Virus record (IMG/VR): IMGVR_UViG_3300027801_000061
Span: 1 to 39,139 of that record
DNA from: a virus
Lineage: Duplodnaviria > Caudoviricetes
Reading direction: 5' to 3' (one strand)
Length of the DNA stretch: 39,139 nt
Shown here: positions 8,568-23,500 of the stretch, piece after piece
Numbering within the stretch: position 1 is the stretch's first letter
Layout of the letters: every line of letters starts with the position of its first letter
The notes under the pieces: model-generated
The model's input: the letters and a program-made list of their open reading frames with translations, nothing else
Told to the model about the DNA's origin: nothing
Database searches by the model: none
Position numbers and translations under genes: made by a program

Positions 8568-10235
8568 ATGGCTATAGATGTTCGTAGAGGCGGCGCTCGA
8601 CCCCCACAGTTGAGGCTAGACCCACAGGTTGATTTCACTGGCGGGCTAAACGCTATTGAAGATCGTTTCCAGTTGGCTCCGAACGAGTCGCCCGACTGTT
8701 TAAACATCGACATTCATCGGCGTGGCGGCGTTCAACGCCGCCGTTCTGTGCGTTCTTGGGGCACTTATGACCCGTTCGGCACTGGCGTTGTGCCTGAGGA
8801 ACTGTTTGAACATCGCGATCAGATAAACGATTCGGCCAAAGTGATCGCTACTAAAGGTGCAGGCGTTTCTGCCGTGATCGCTGTCGGCGTTGGGGCTAGC
8901 TGGACGGCTGTGACGAACACGGGCCAAGACACAATCTACGATCACGCCATGATGAACGGCAAGTCATGGTTTGCTTGCAAACTTCAAGCCACCCAGTCGT
9001 GGGAAACCCCGTCAGGGGTTCCTGACGGTGCCACAGCCGTAATCCCTGATTCGGCGGGCGCATACCAAAACGACTATGCGACAGCAGCAGGCAACATCTT
9101 TCCTCATTGCCAGTTTATGGAATCTCACGGCGGGTTCATGTGGGCTGCCTGGACCGACGAGGGAGCAATCACTCACCCGACCCGTATCAGGTTCTCGCAT
9201 CCTGGCTACGCAGACAGGTGGTCTGAAGACGACTGGATCGAAATTGGAGACGAAGACGGCGACGAGATCGTCGCCATCAAATCGTTCCGTGATCACCTGC
9301 TTGTGTTCATGCACCGCTCAGTACATGCCGTGTTCGGCTATGACCGCCAAAACTTTCAAGTCGTCAAGGTCTCCTCTTCTGTAGGAGCCGAATCAAAGAA
9401 GAACATATCGGTCACTCCTCAGGGCGTTTGGTTCTTTTCCCCTGATCGGGGGGTTTACTTCTATAACGGTGACGGCGAACCGCAGTGGGCGTTTGAAAAG
9501 ATTTGGCCGTTGATGGATAGCGGCTCGTTTAACGAAGCTTCGTTTGACGATGTCGTTGTTGCTTCTGTGAGCGGCAAGATTTGGGTTTCGGTTCCGCAAG
9601 ATGACGGCACGGATGTGACGTTTGTGTTTGATCCAGCCGTTGGTGCGTGGGTTCGTTACGGTCTTGCTATCACTGGCCATCTAGAGTTTCAGAACTCTTC
9701 TGGTTTGGTTGAACATTTGGCGTCTACAGCGGGTAACGCTGGTTTGATCAAGTTGGATAGTGGTGCGACGTCTGATTCTTTCAATGATGCGGCTGTGCCT
9801 GCCGATGTGGGCATAAATTCGTATTACCGTACGCGGTGGATGGATGGCGGGTCACCGTTTCTTCCGAAACGGTATAAGAAGCCTGAGTTCATTGTGTCGG
9901 GCGTTTCTACTCACATCATTCAGGCTCACATCTATTTCGATTATGACGATGCGTCGGCTGCGAAGACTTTGCAGTTGAATGTGGTCGGGGATCTTTCGAC
10001 TACGAATTTGGTTTGGGACGACAATGACGGGTTCCCTGATGACAACTCGTCAGCCCAGTGGGACCAGGGGCTGTGGGCTGTTCAGTCGGCTGCAACTCAA
10101 GACGAGATTATTCGTGGAGGCACCATTGGCGGCACTGGCCGTTCTGTTGCTATCAACTTTGTCGGCCCAACCGACGTCCAGTGGGAAATAAGGGGATTTA
10201 CTCTGAAGTACCTAGCCAAGAAACCGAGATCTTAA
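8568..10235 (+). CDS. Tail nozzle / head stabilisation protein (T7 gp12 / P22 gp10-like)
   Basis: DFTGGLN...LAPNESPDCLNI start; beta-propeller-like body (RIRFS, GDEIVAI, LLVF). Confidence 0.82.
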   Translation: MAIDVRRGGARPPQLRLDPQVDFTGGLNAIEDRFQLAPNESPDCLNIDIHRRGGVQRRRSVRSWGTYDPFGTGVVPEELFEHRDQINDSAKVIATKGAGVSAVIAVGVGASWTAVTNTGQDTIYDHAMMNGKSWFACKLQATQSWETPSGVPDGATAVIPDSAGAYQNDYATAAGNIFPHCQFMESHGGFMWAAWTDEGAITHPTRIRFSHPGYADRWSEDDWIEIGDEDGDEIVAIKSFRDHLLVFMHRSVHAVFGYDRQNFQVVKVSSSVGAESKKNISVTPQGVWFFSPDRGVYFYNGDGEPQWAFEKIWPLMDSGSFNEASFDDVVVASVSGKIWVSVPQDDGTDVTFVFDPAVGAWVRYGLAITGHLEFQNSSGLVEHLASTAGNAGLIKLDSGATSDSFNDAAVPADVGINSYYRTRWMDGGSPFLPKRYKKPEFIVSGVSTHIIQAHIYFDYDDASAAKTLQLNVVGDLSTTNLVWDDNDGFPDDNSSAQWDQGLWAVQSAATQDEIIRGGTIGGTGRSVAINFVGPTDVQWEIRGFTLKYLAKKPRS

Positions 10236-10236
10236 T

Positions 10237-11378
10237 ATGGTTGCAAACGTAGTTGTCCCAAATACTTTCGTTGCGGCGTCCGATGCGGTTGCCGCTGAGG
10301 TAAACGCAAACTTTGTCGCGCTTCGTGACCACATCAACAACTACATGGTTTCTAACGACGGTGTAGTTGCTATAGCTGGCACTCAGACTTTGAACAATGT
10401 GACGGTTACTGGCGATCTGACGTTGACTGGCAACCTTGTGGCTAATGCCACAATCAAGGGCGATGTTGTTGATACTGGCGGTTCAACTGTCATTTTGGAT
10501 AACACTGCTGGTGCTGCTTGGTTCCGTGGCGATGTCAAGAACGCCAGCGACACAGTGATTGTGGATGTTTCAGCGGCCACGTTCGCTGGTAACGCTGCAA
10601 CTGCTACCAAACTCTTTGCCACTAAGACCATCGATATCACTGGGGTCACGGCGACAGCGACTCCTTTCGACGGCTCAGCCAACATTAACATTCCGATTAC
10701 TGCTGTGCCTTCAACGCTGCTCACGGGCACAATCGATACTGCACGTATCCCTACGCTGTCGCAATATGTGAGATCTGACACGGCTGACACGATGGCTGGC
10801 GATTTAACCGTCCAGGGCGACATTAACGTGACTGATGCTGGCGACAGAGTTGTTATTTCTGCCGATACCGACTGGTCGTTGAAGGTCGGCAATCTGGCTG
10901 CCGCTCAGTCTCCTGACAATAAGGCCGTCATAGGCATCGTGTGGAACAGCGCTCAGGGTACGGGCGCTTCGATGGGGATTAGTTTTAAGTACGACAGTGT
11001 GGTTACGACCAAAACATTTATCAAGTTCCAATACGCAACTGGTGTTGATGGTGGCTCCATCCAGTCGAATGGCACGACTACTTACTTTGTGGCCCCTTCG
11101 GACATTAGGTACAAGGAAAACGTGACGCCTGTATCGGGCGCTCTTGCCGCCTTGAATGGTGTGGATGTAATTAGCTACAACCGTATTGGGCATGATCTGA
11201 CTCGTGTCGGGTTCTCTGCCCAGAACGTACAAAGCATCAGTGAGTTTGCTCGGTTCGTTACAGTGGAAGAAGACGACTTAGACGAGAAGTTGCAGTTAGC
11301 GGAAGCAGAGTTTGTTCCGTATCTCGTGTCGGCTGTTCAGGAACTAACTGCCCGTTTAGAAACGCTTGAAGCTGTCTA

Positions 11379-11379
<1 letters not shown>
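10237..11379 (+). CDS. Tail fibre with C-terminal peptidase S74-like intramolecular chaperone
   Basis: N-terminal VPNTFVA..AAEVNANF; beta-rich shaft; SDIRYKENV...GFSAQNV...LVSAVQELTARLETLE. Confidence 0.88.
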
Positions 11380-12278
<899 letters not shown>

Positions 12279-12281
12279 CCG

Positions 12282-12506
12282 ATGAGCAAATGGGCGGCAA
12301 TCAAGAAATATCCGCTGCGCTACGTGCAGGGCACGTTGGCGTGTGCGGTGGCTCACAACCTAGAACAACTCCAGCAGGTCGTTGACCCTGCTGTTTTACA
12401 GGAAGCGTCGAAGACTGGTGTCGTGTTGGCCGCAATGCTGACTGGGAGTGGCCTTCTTCAGAAGGAACCTAAGCCAGAGCCTGTGCCCGAACCAGGGAAC
12501 AACTGA
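12282..12506 (+). CDS. Small lysis-region protein (74 aa)
   Basis: Starts 3 nt after the endolysin stop; weakly hydrophobic segments. Confidence 0.65.
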   Translation: MSKWAAIKKYPLRYVQGTLACAVAHNLEQLQQVVDPAVLQEASKTGVVLAAMLTGSGLLQKEPKPEPVPEPGNN

Positions 12507-12509
12507 CCG

Positions 12510-15567
<3,058 letters not shown>

Positions 15568-15582
15568 CCTTAAGGATTTGTC

Positions 15583-15744
15583 ATGGTCGAAGTAACAGCA
15601 GAAGAAGTAGTTCAAGCGTTCAAGGACCGTTACCCGACGGAGTTTGAGTTGTGTGTGCTGCTCATCCAGAACATCAAGATGCAGCAACAGTTGGCTGTTG
15701 ATCCCAACCCCGAGGATGTAGAAGCCGAAGATACCGCTACTTAG
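15583..15744 (+). CDS. Small acidic protein (53 aa, MVEVTAEEVVQAFKDRYPTEFELCVLL...), possible fibre chaperone; absent from the ORF track
   Basis: SD TAAGGA, ATG 15583, TAG 15742-15744; fills the gap after the fibre gene. Confidence 0.75.
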   Translation: MVEVTAEEVVQAFKDRYPTEFELCVLLIQNIKMQQQLAVDPNPEDVEAEDTAT

Positions 15745-15752
15745 GCGGTAGA

Positions 15753-15763
15753 ACGCCGTCTAC
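15753..15763 (+). promoter_or_regulatory. Putative late promoter motif (ACGCCGTCTAC)
   Basis: Identical to 5848-5858; precedes the internal virion genes. Confidence 0.55.
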
Positions 15764-15783
15764 CTCCCTATAGGAGGCTAGTT

Positions 15784-16215
15784 ATGTCTGTGTCTGATTT
15801 CTTTGCTGCCGAGAAGCCTGCGTTTGATCGCCAGCGCGACATCGCCGATTACGGGTACCAGAATGCTTTGGTCCGTAACTCGGCTCAACGGCAGTCGTTG
15901 AACGTCGAGCGCCTCAATGCGACTCGACGTTTGGGTAAGCAGTTGACTGCCCGTCGGCAGCAGATCCCTGGGCAGTTCACGGGTCGCGGTTTGCTGAACA
16001 GCGGCATTTATGGCAAGGCGTTGGGCGATTTTGAGACTGCTCGTTTGCAGGCTGAGTCTGGTTTGTCTCGCGGGTTTCAGAAGCGGGGCATGGATTTGTC
16101 TCAGCAGCTTTCTTCGGCTGAGATGAATCGTCTGATTCAGTTGGCTGATGTTGATTTGAATGAGGCTCAGCGTCGTACTGCGATTGCGGGCATGTTGCAG
16201 GGGGCTACGAGCTGA
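15784..16215 (+). CDS. Putative internal virion (ejection) protein
   Basis: Helical Q/R/A-rich protein with RGLLNSGIY motif; SD AGGAGG; first of three genes of increasing size. Confidence 0.7.
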   Translation: MSVSDFFAAEKPAFDRQRDIADYGYQNALVRNSAQRQSLNVERLNATRRLGKQLTARRQQIPGQFTGRGLLNSGIYGKALGDFETARLQAESGLSRGFQKRGMDLSQQLSSAEMNRLIQLADVDLNEAQRRTAIAGMLQGATS

Positions 16216-17561
16216 TGGCAATCACATGGCCTTCGTGGGATGACATAGCAGAGGAATTCGATGAGAGTGTGCTCGGTACGGGCTGGGATAAAATTGGGGA
16301 TGTTATAGATCAAATTCAGGGCGCACCTGACGAAACATTTGATGTTCCAGGGAATGATCCTGAAACTCTTTCGGGCCTGTTTGGCAATATCCCGATGACT
16401 GCTGGGGGGGCTTTAATAAACCCTAGTAATTCGGATATGGGGAACATGCAGTTCCGCATTGCTGCAGCGTGGCAGCACGCTCAGCAAGTCGCAAAGGTGC
16501 AGGGTAAAGCTGTTGGGGATACTTGGGAGAGCAATCCAGACCGAAAACCCGCTCTGGTAAATGCGGCCGATTGGCAGTACAAATACATAAAAACTCAGTC
16601 GGCTTTAGATTCTGCGGCTAACAAAAGTTACTTTGACTCTTTGTATGGTTCTGGATCTTCGGGCGGCACGGGTATAGACACCGCCAGTTTGGAGATGCAA
16701 CAGGCCGCTATTGAGGACACTCTTGCTCGGTCGATGGAACAGATCGCTTCACAGTTTGAGTTGATGACTGCCGAGATGGAACGGCAGAAGGAGGCTTCTG
16801 CTTTGGAGATGGACGCTGCCCGTGTGGCGGCGCTTGAGTCGTTGACTGCAATGTCGGCGGATCTTGAACAGACTTCGACCAGAACTCAGGCCCAGATGGC
16901 TGCTTCTGCTTTGCGTACTGGCGGAGACATTGGTGCTGCTACAGAGGGTGCGTTGCGCCGTTTGGGTTCGACTTCTGATGTGATTTCTGATGGGGCGCGT
17001 CGTGCCATTGAGGAGGAGGGCCAGTCTGAGGTTGGTTTGGCTGCGTCTGAGGCTCAGATTCAGTCTGATTTGTCTGCCCGTTTGGGGCAGATCACTGAGG
17101 GTCAGTTGGGTCGTTCTCGTGGGTCTGCTGAGCAGATCGCTCAGGGCGGTCAGACGGCGATGTCTGCGAGTATGGCTTCGCTGTTGTCGCAGCAGCAGGC
17201 TCAGCGTTCTGGCACAGAGTTTGAGGTGGGCGAGAATGCCCGTCAGGCTGCTTTGGAGTTGGCGTTGAATCCGCCGACTCGTTCTTGGGGTGGTACTGCT
17301 GGTGGTCCTCTTGCTGGTATGGACCATATTCGTCAGGCGGGGCTTGACTACGGCATGTCAGAAACGGAGATCATGCTTCGCATTGAAGCTGGCACGATGT
17401 TTGACAGGTTGGGCGTTGGGAAGCAGACGGGCAACAATAACGCTCAAATATTGTCTCAAGTCAAGACTGACGAGGAGCTAGCTGCTCTGGCGGTAAGCGA
17501 TAAGGGCGTAGTGAATCAAGATGTCATTGACGCTCTAGCCCTCGGTGGTGGATACCCATAG
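16215..17561 (+). CDS. Putative internal virion (ejection) protein
   Basis: Ala/Gln/Ser-rich coiled coil; coupled to both neighbours. Confidence 0.7.
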   Translation: MAITWPSWDDIAEEFDESVLGTGWDKIGDVIDQIQGAPDETFDVPGNDPETLSGLFGNIPMTAGGALINPSNSDMGNMQFRIAAAWQHAQQVAKVQGKAVGDTWESNPDRKPALVNAADWQYKYIKTQSALDSAANKSYFDSLYGSGSSGGTGIDTASLEMQQAAIEDTLARSMEQIASQFELMTAEMERQKEASALEMDAARVAALESLTAMSADLEQTSTRTQAQMAASALRTGGDIGAATEGALRRLGSTSDVISDGARRAIEEEGQSEVGLAASEAQIQSDLSARLGQITEGQLGRSRGSAEQIAQGGQTAMSASMASLLSQQQAQRSGTEFEVGENARQAALELALNPPTRSWGGTAGGPLAGMDHIRQAGLDYGMSETEIMLRIEAGTMFDRLGVGKQTGNNNAQILSQVKTDEELAALAVSDKGVVNQDVIDALALGGGYP

Positions 17562-20500
17562 TGTCTACCACTGAGTTTGATCAAGCCATTGCCGACATAG
17601 CGGCAAAGCACGATGTTTCAGAACAAGCTGTTCTGAACATCAAGAAGAACACGCCACGGTTGGCGGCGTTTGATCCTCTCGACCCTCAAGGGACGTGGGA
17701 TCCCATCCACGACTTCAGTGGCTCTGGTGGCGTTTCTGGCCAGTCTTTCGCTAACCCAGCCTTTCAGCTTTCGGATTCGATGATCGAAGCGATCCGTGCG
17801 AGTTGGAAGAAAGACGACGTTGATGAACGCGGCGGGATCACGGGCGCTTTGCTCGGTGTAGGCGAAACGATTCTGACAGCGATTGATCTGCCTCGGGCTG
17901 GTGTTGTTTCTACGATCAAAGAGTTTGGTGACATCTTTGACTCTGATGAAAAGTTCTCTCTAAACGAGTGGGGCAGTCAGCTTGGTTTGGGCGAAGAGCG
18001 TGCCATCGGGTTTGGTGACTTAATACACGACTGGGCACCTGGCCTGGGCGAGATCGAAATGTTTGGTGTGAAGCCGCTGGACAATCTTGCTGGGTTTGTT
18101 GGCGATGTCTTGTTCGATCCGTTTACTTGGCTGACATTGGGCACTTTGCCGATGGCGAAACAGGGCACTATGGGTGTCGTAAAGATGCTTGATGCTTTGG
18201 GCGATACGGTCAAAGCTCGTGCTGTGATGCGGAACGGTGTCCGTGCTTTGTCTGGCGATGATCTGGCTCGGTTGACCGTTTCGGCACGCAGCAATGGTTG
18301 GATTGGTGCCGCTGATGAACTCAAGGGCGGTATCCAGTTCAGGATCCCTGGCAGCAAAACGTTGTCTCGTCTCCATAGCGGGCCTACGAAGGCGAAACAG
18401 TTGCAGCTAATGTCTCAGGACAACATGCTGTTGAGGTTCACTCCCCGTATGGGAGCGAACACTGCGGCTCAACGGGTCCGCCTTTCAGCTTTGGGCGGGT
18501 TCTTCGGCGGGGACAGAAACCTTCTTAAGACTGCTTTGCGTGACCCGAATGTTTCTGACGACGTTTGGCGGGGGGCATTCCACGGGATATTGGCTGACAA
18601 TGTTGGCCGAGGGATCGAGAAGAGTCTCGACAATTCGTTGACTCAAGCTTGGAATGTCCTTGATCAAATGATCGTCAAGGAAGGTGTCAGCGGCAAAGTT
18701 GCTTATCGTGCGATGGGGATGGATGTTGCCCCCGATGGCATGTCTCAGGAGCTGTTTGAGGCGTTGACGGCGTTCAGTGATGACGTTCTGAAACAATCGA
18801 ACGACATCATGCGCGAGTCGATGGATGGCGTTGATTGGCTTGTTCGACGCAGCAACTGGCAGCCGACGTACAGGACGCAGGAATTTCGTCTCTGGTTGAA
18901 AGAGGCACGTAAAAGTGAGCCTTCTGGCGGCATGTTCGACATGCAGGGCTTTGAGAAGCAAGCGAACATTGTTGCTGGCGGCGAGTTCATGGGCGTCCCG
19001 CTTGTAGACGCCTCTGAAGATGCTGCTCGACGCGGGATCTTGTTGGACGACGGAACTGTTGATGTTGCTAAGGGCCGTGGCCCGAGGGAACAAGCGGTCA
19101 ACATTCTTGAAGAGAACGCTGCCGAGAACGGGTATGGGCACGATGAAATCTTTGACTGGTTCGAAGACGATGTGTTTGTGGCGATGCCACAACACATCAA
19201 GTTGTTGTCTCGTCGTGCCCGTGGCAAGTATGTCGAACGTAAACTTCGTAAAGTTGGTGTGAATCTGGATCGCACCGTCACTTTGGATGCGTCGGTGCGG
19301 CAGGCCAGAGATTACCGTCAGGTTGATGAGGTTCTGAACGATCTGAATCTTCAGATCGAAGAACTTGAGGCGGCAGCAGTTTTGGAACGGGAAGCTGCTG
19401 ATGCTGCCCGTGACGGTGGTATGCCGTTTGCTCAGCGTGGCGTTGACCTTGAGAACAAGATTATTGAGACGCTGCGGTGGCATGCCGATCAGGCTAAGAA
19501 GGCAGCAAAGTTTGGTGTCACTTGGGTTCCGCCGTCGAAGAACGGCACTATTTGGCGGCAGCTGGCTGGAGAAAGTTTGGAAGACGCTGAGCGGATCGGC
19601 CGTTTAGCTGATCAGCGTTCTGATGAGGCGTTTAACAACATAGAGGTGTTGAAGGATGGTGCTGCTGCTCTTGAGCGCCGCGCCGACTATTTGGAAGGTG
19701 AACTTGATCGGATTAAGGGCGGGCTTAGCAAGCTTCGTGCCCGTCAGGCAAATCTGCGCCTTGAGCAACATGATCTGTACGCAAAGGTAGAGCTTCAGGT
19801 TTCGCAGGGGACGCGTGCAGCGTTGAAGGATTTGGCGCGGTTGGATGAGATCGCTCAAGATCTGCGTGACATCAACGAGCCGCTAGCTGCGGCTCGTACG
19901 AGTTTCCTTCTTCAGGCTGGCGAGATCGAAGAGGCCCAAGAGGTCATCAGGATGTCGGCGAAAGTTGTTGTGGGTTCTAACGTTGTTGAGGAGCAGCTCA
20001 GAAAACTGAAAAGACTGTTTCAGTTCAAAAAGGGTTTCCCTAATGATCTTCAGTCTCAGGATGCTTGGGCTAAGCAGGTCAGCAGTTTGATGGACGAAAT
20101 GAACATCCCGTTGAACCTTCGACCAAAGACGTACGAGGCGCTAATCGACTTTGAGATAAATATTGGGCGGGCGCGTCGGGCTGCTGGCCGAAATGTTGCT
20201 GTTGCCCGCAAGGTGATGAGCGCTGCGACTTCTGAGCACACTGATTTGAAGGCTTGGCAGAAAGAGATGGTCGCTGAACGCGACAGTTTGATCGCCCAGT
20301 TGGGTGACGATTTACCGCCTGATGTTGCTGAGGAGATCCGTCTTTCTTTGGAAACTTTGGCTCCTACGAAGGACGGCTACATGTCGTTTGACGGGTCGAC
20401 TGCTTTGTATCACGGTATGAATCGGAATCATGCCGAGATCGATTTGAATAAAGTTCCTGATGCCGCGTCGAGGTCTACTAGCGAGATCGATTCGATTGGG

Positions 20501-23500
20501 CAGCTTCACCTTTCGTTCGATCATGAGATTAGTTTGCGGTACGCTAGCGATCCTTCGAAGATCTTGGGGTTTCGGATGGTTGCGAAGAACCCTGTGATTT
20601 ATGGCGGGACTGGCGACGATTTCTTGCATGGGCATACTGCTTTGTGGGGTCAATCTTCGGAGTCGCATCGCGGTCGCGGTTTGGCTCAGATGCATGTGGA
20701 CATGGTCGATTCTGGGGTGAGGAACGGCCATATCACTTTGGAACATATGAAGGAGATGGGTGTCCCGAACGCTCAACGTATTTGGGATTTGATGGGCGGT
20801 GCCCCTCAGCGTCCGTATGTTCCGATCCTGCCGTTTCTTGACGGTTTGCCTAAACGGATGACTAGAGCTGAAATCGATCACGCTGGCCGTACTTCACTCT
20901 CGCACCCTCGTGGCAGAGATTTATTTGAGCGGTGGAAGCGTGGCCCTCACCCCAGAGATGTAACTTACAGTGACGTTAATTTTGATGATCTTGATGAAGC
21001 CGCACAGGCTATGTGGATCGAGAACTGGAACACGGGCTGGAGCAGGGACGGCACCGTAAATCTCCAAAACTTTCACGAGATAGAGGTTAATCAACTATTT
21101 GATGATGATCTTTGGGAGACAGGAGATTGGATCTCGACTCTAGATATTTCGGATTGGGCGGATGCTCCTGGGACTGGCGATGTGCTCGCTGATGTCCGCG
21201 AGATGCGTGAACGGCTCTATCTGACCGCTCAAGTCAGGATGGACGCCCTCGACGACATCGGCGCCCTCGACCTCGATGCGGACACCATCGGGGTGTGGGT
21301 TAAAACTAGCGATTTGGCAGGCGACACTGACGAAGTTATTCCGACCCAGATTTATGCGCCTGATGACAAAGCCAATGTGGTTCTAGTACAGATCCCTCCT
21401 GAAGCGGTCAGACACATCGTGCCCATCACCTCAAACCCTAAAGCAATTGTTAACAAATCAATTCTGATCCAAGCCCGCACTAATATGGATGACGCCAAAG
21501 CGGCCGTCGAGAAGTCTTTAAGGGTTGAAGAACTGATCGGCGTTCAGAGCGGCGTCAAACTGTCTTACTCGGAAGCGGCCGCTATTGTCGGCGACGACGG
21601 CACCCAACCTTTTCCCATCACAGGTATCATTTCCGAACTCCGCGACGAACACAAGCAAGTGGCCCATCGTGTGCAACAGATGGGCGGAACCATGGCCGAG
21701 TACGATTCTGGTGCAGTGGACATTCTGGCTCGGGGCGGGATGGACCTTCTAACATACCAAGGCAGCCACGACGCTGCTGGAATTCTTAATGCTCTCGCTC
21801 TGGAAGATCCGACGCTTCTGGGCCGTTTGAAGTACAAGCGTTCCCCATGGACAGGCAACCGTTCGGCTGGAGCTGGCGGGCCTTTGAGCAAAGAAGGTGT
21901 ACTGCAAGAGGAGCGGTGGATCGCCAACCTGATCGTTAAAGCTAAACGAAACGGTGTTGAGCCGTTGGAGAGAATCCCTCTAACCCCGAAGCAGCTTGTA
22001 GAAGACCCGAATGGTCAATGGTTCAATACTTACATCAAGCCAGTTTCTTCGAATCAGTGGATTGGCGGCAGCCCCGCCTCAGGATTGTCCAGCATGGGAG
22101 GTTCACAACTGAAGGACGACTTTGCTGACGGGTTGATGGATTGGGTAGCGGATTTCCATCGGGAGCTTCGCGCCGAAGGTTACGATTCGATCTTGTACAC
22201 AGGGTTTGAGCACGGCGGGCAATGGAACGCTATTCCGTTGGATCCGAAGAAGCAGTTACAGCCGTTTGCGGGTGGCGCCGACGAGTTGACGCCTAAGAAC
22301 AAGGACTCTTTGAACGCCTCTATGTTGGGTGATGAGGACACTAGTAAATCGTTTATCACTTCACGAGAGTTTGGGAAACAGTTAGACGATGCTGCCAGTG
22401 GCTCAGGGGCAATTGGCGGCGCTAATGCGATTGGCTCCAGTCCTAAAAACATAATCAGATATCAAAGCAGAATGGACGTTAATAAAGCGCTGGATTCAGC
22501 CGCGCTTGGGATTGAAGCTACCTCAAAAAAGAACTGGGCCAAGCACGAATACGATGTCATCACGGATCGCGTCGAGTCGACATTAAATGACTTCGAATCC
22601 ACCATTGAGACCTGGGTTACCCAGAACTTTGTCGATTCGACTGGCGGGAATACCAGGCATCCAGAGCAAATCCTAACGAATTTGACTTCGGCCAGAGGGA
22701 AACTTGCTCAGGAAATCGGCGCGCTGAGTAAGGTTGCTGACAAAATAGAAGCGATCGATCCTGCTCAAGCGGCGGCTATGGCCGCTCCCCTCAGGCAACA
22801 AATAGACATGTTGCGGAAATACCTTTCCGACACTACTCAAGTTTCGTGGAGCATCGGTCGTGCTTTCTCTGAGGCGAAGCGTGTAGGAGCAAAGAATCTT
22901 CAGGCCCGTACTGCCAAACAGTTTGTGGGGTTGATCGATGAGTCGATGCTGGCCTTGGAGGCACGCAAAGTAAAGAGGTATCAGGAGATTGCTGATGCCG
23001 CTGACGAGATCTCTCCCTTTGTTGCTGAGGCTCAGGGCAGTGTTCGGCAAGCTGCCGAGCAGCTTGCCGAGAACCAGCGAAGGATCGCTCAGATCGACGC
23101 TGATATGGCTGAGGAGGCTACTACAGCGGACGGGACGGTGGCGTATTTTAGGTCTCAGGAGTTGAGTCTCAGGGGTGAGGCGACTGAGCGGTTTGAGATG
23201 GCTAATCGTCTTGATAATGAGGAGCTTGAGGCTGCTGAGCGGGCGAGGCGGGCGTCTGTTACGGATGTGAGCATGGATGGTGTGCCTGTGCCTCGTCCTT
23301 CGGAGCGGGTTGCTTCTGTGGAAGTTCCTAATGTTGCGGCTGGTCGTGTTGCCGATATGCGGGTTGAGCGTGCGGCTCAGACTGTGTCGTTGAATCAGAC
23401 GAACGCCCAGTTTCTTCGGTTGGAGGCTAATGCGAAGATGTTGGAGGCCGATTTGGCCCGTCTGTCCCATGACAGGGATTTGATTGCTACTCGGTTTGCG

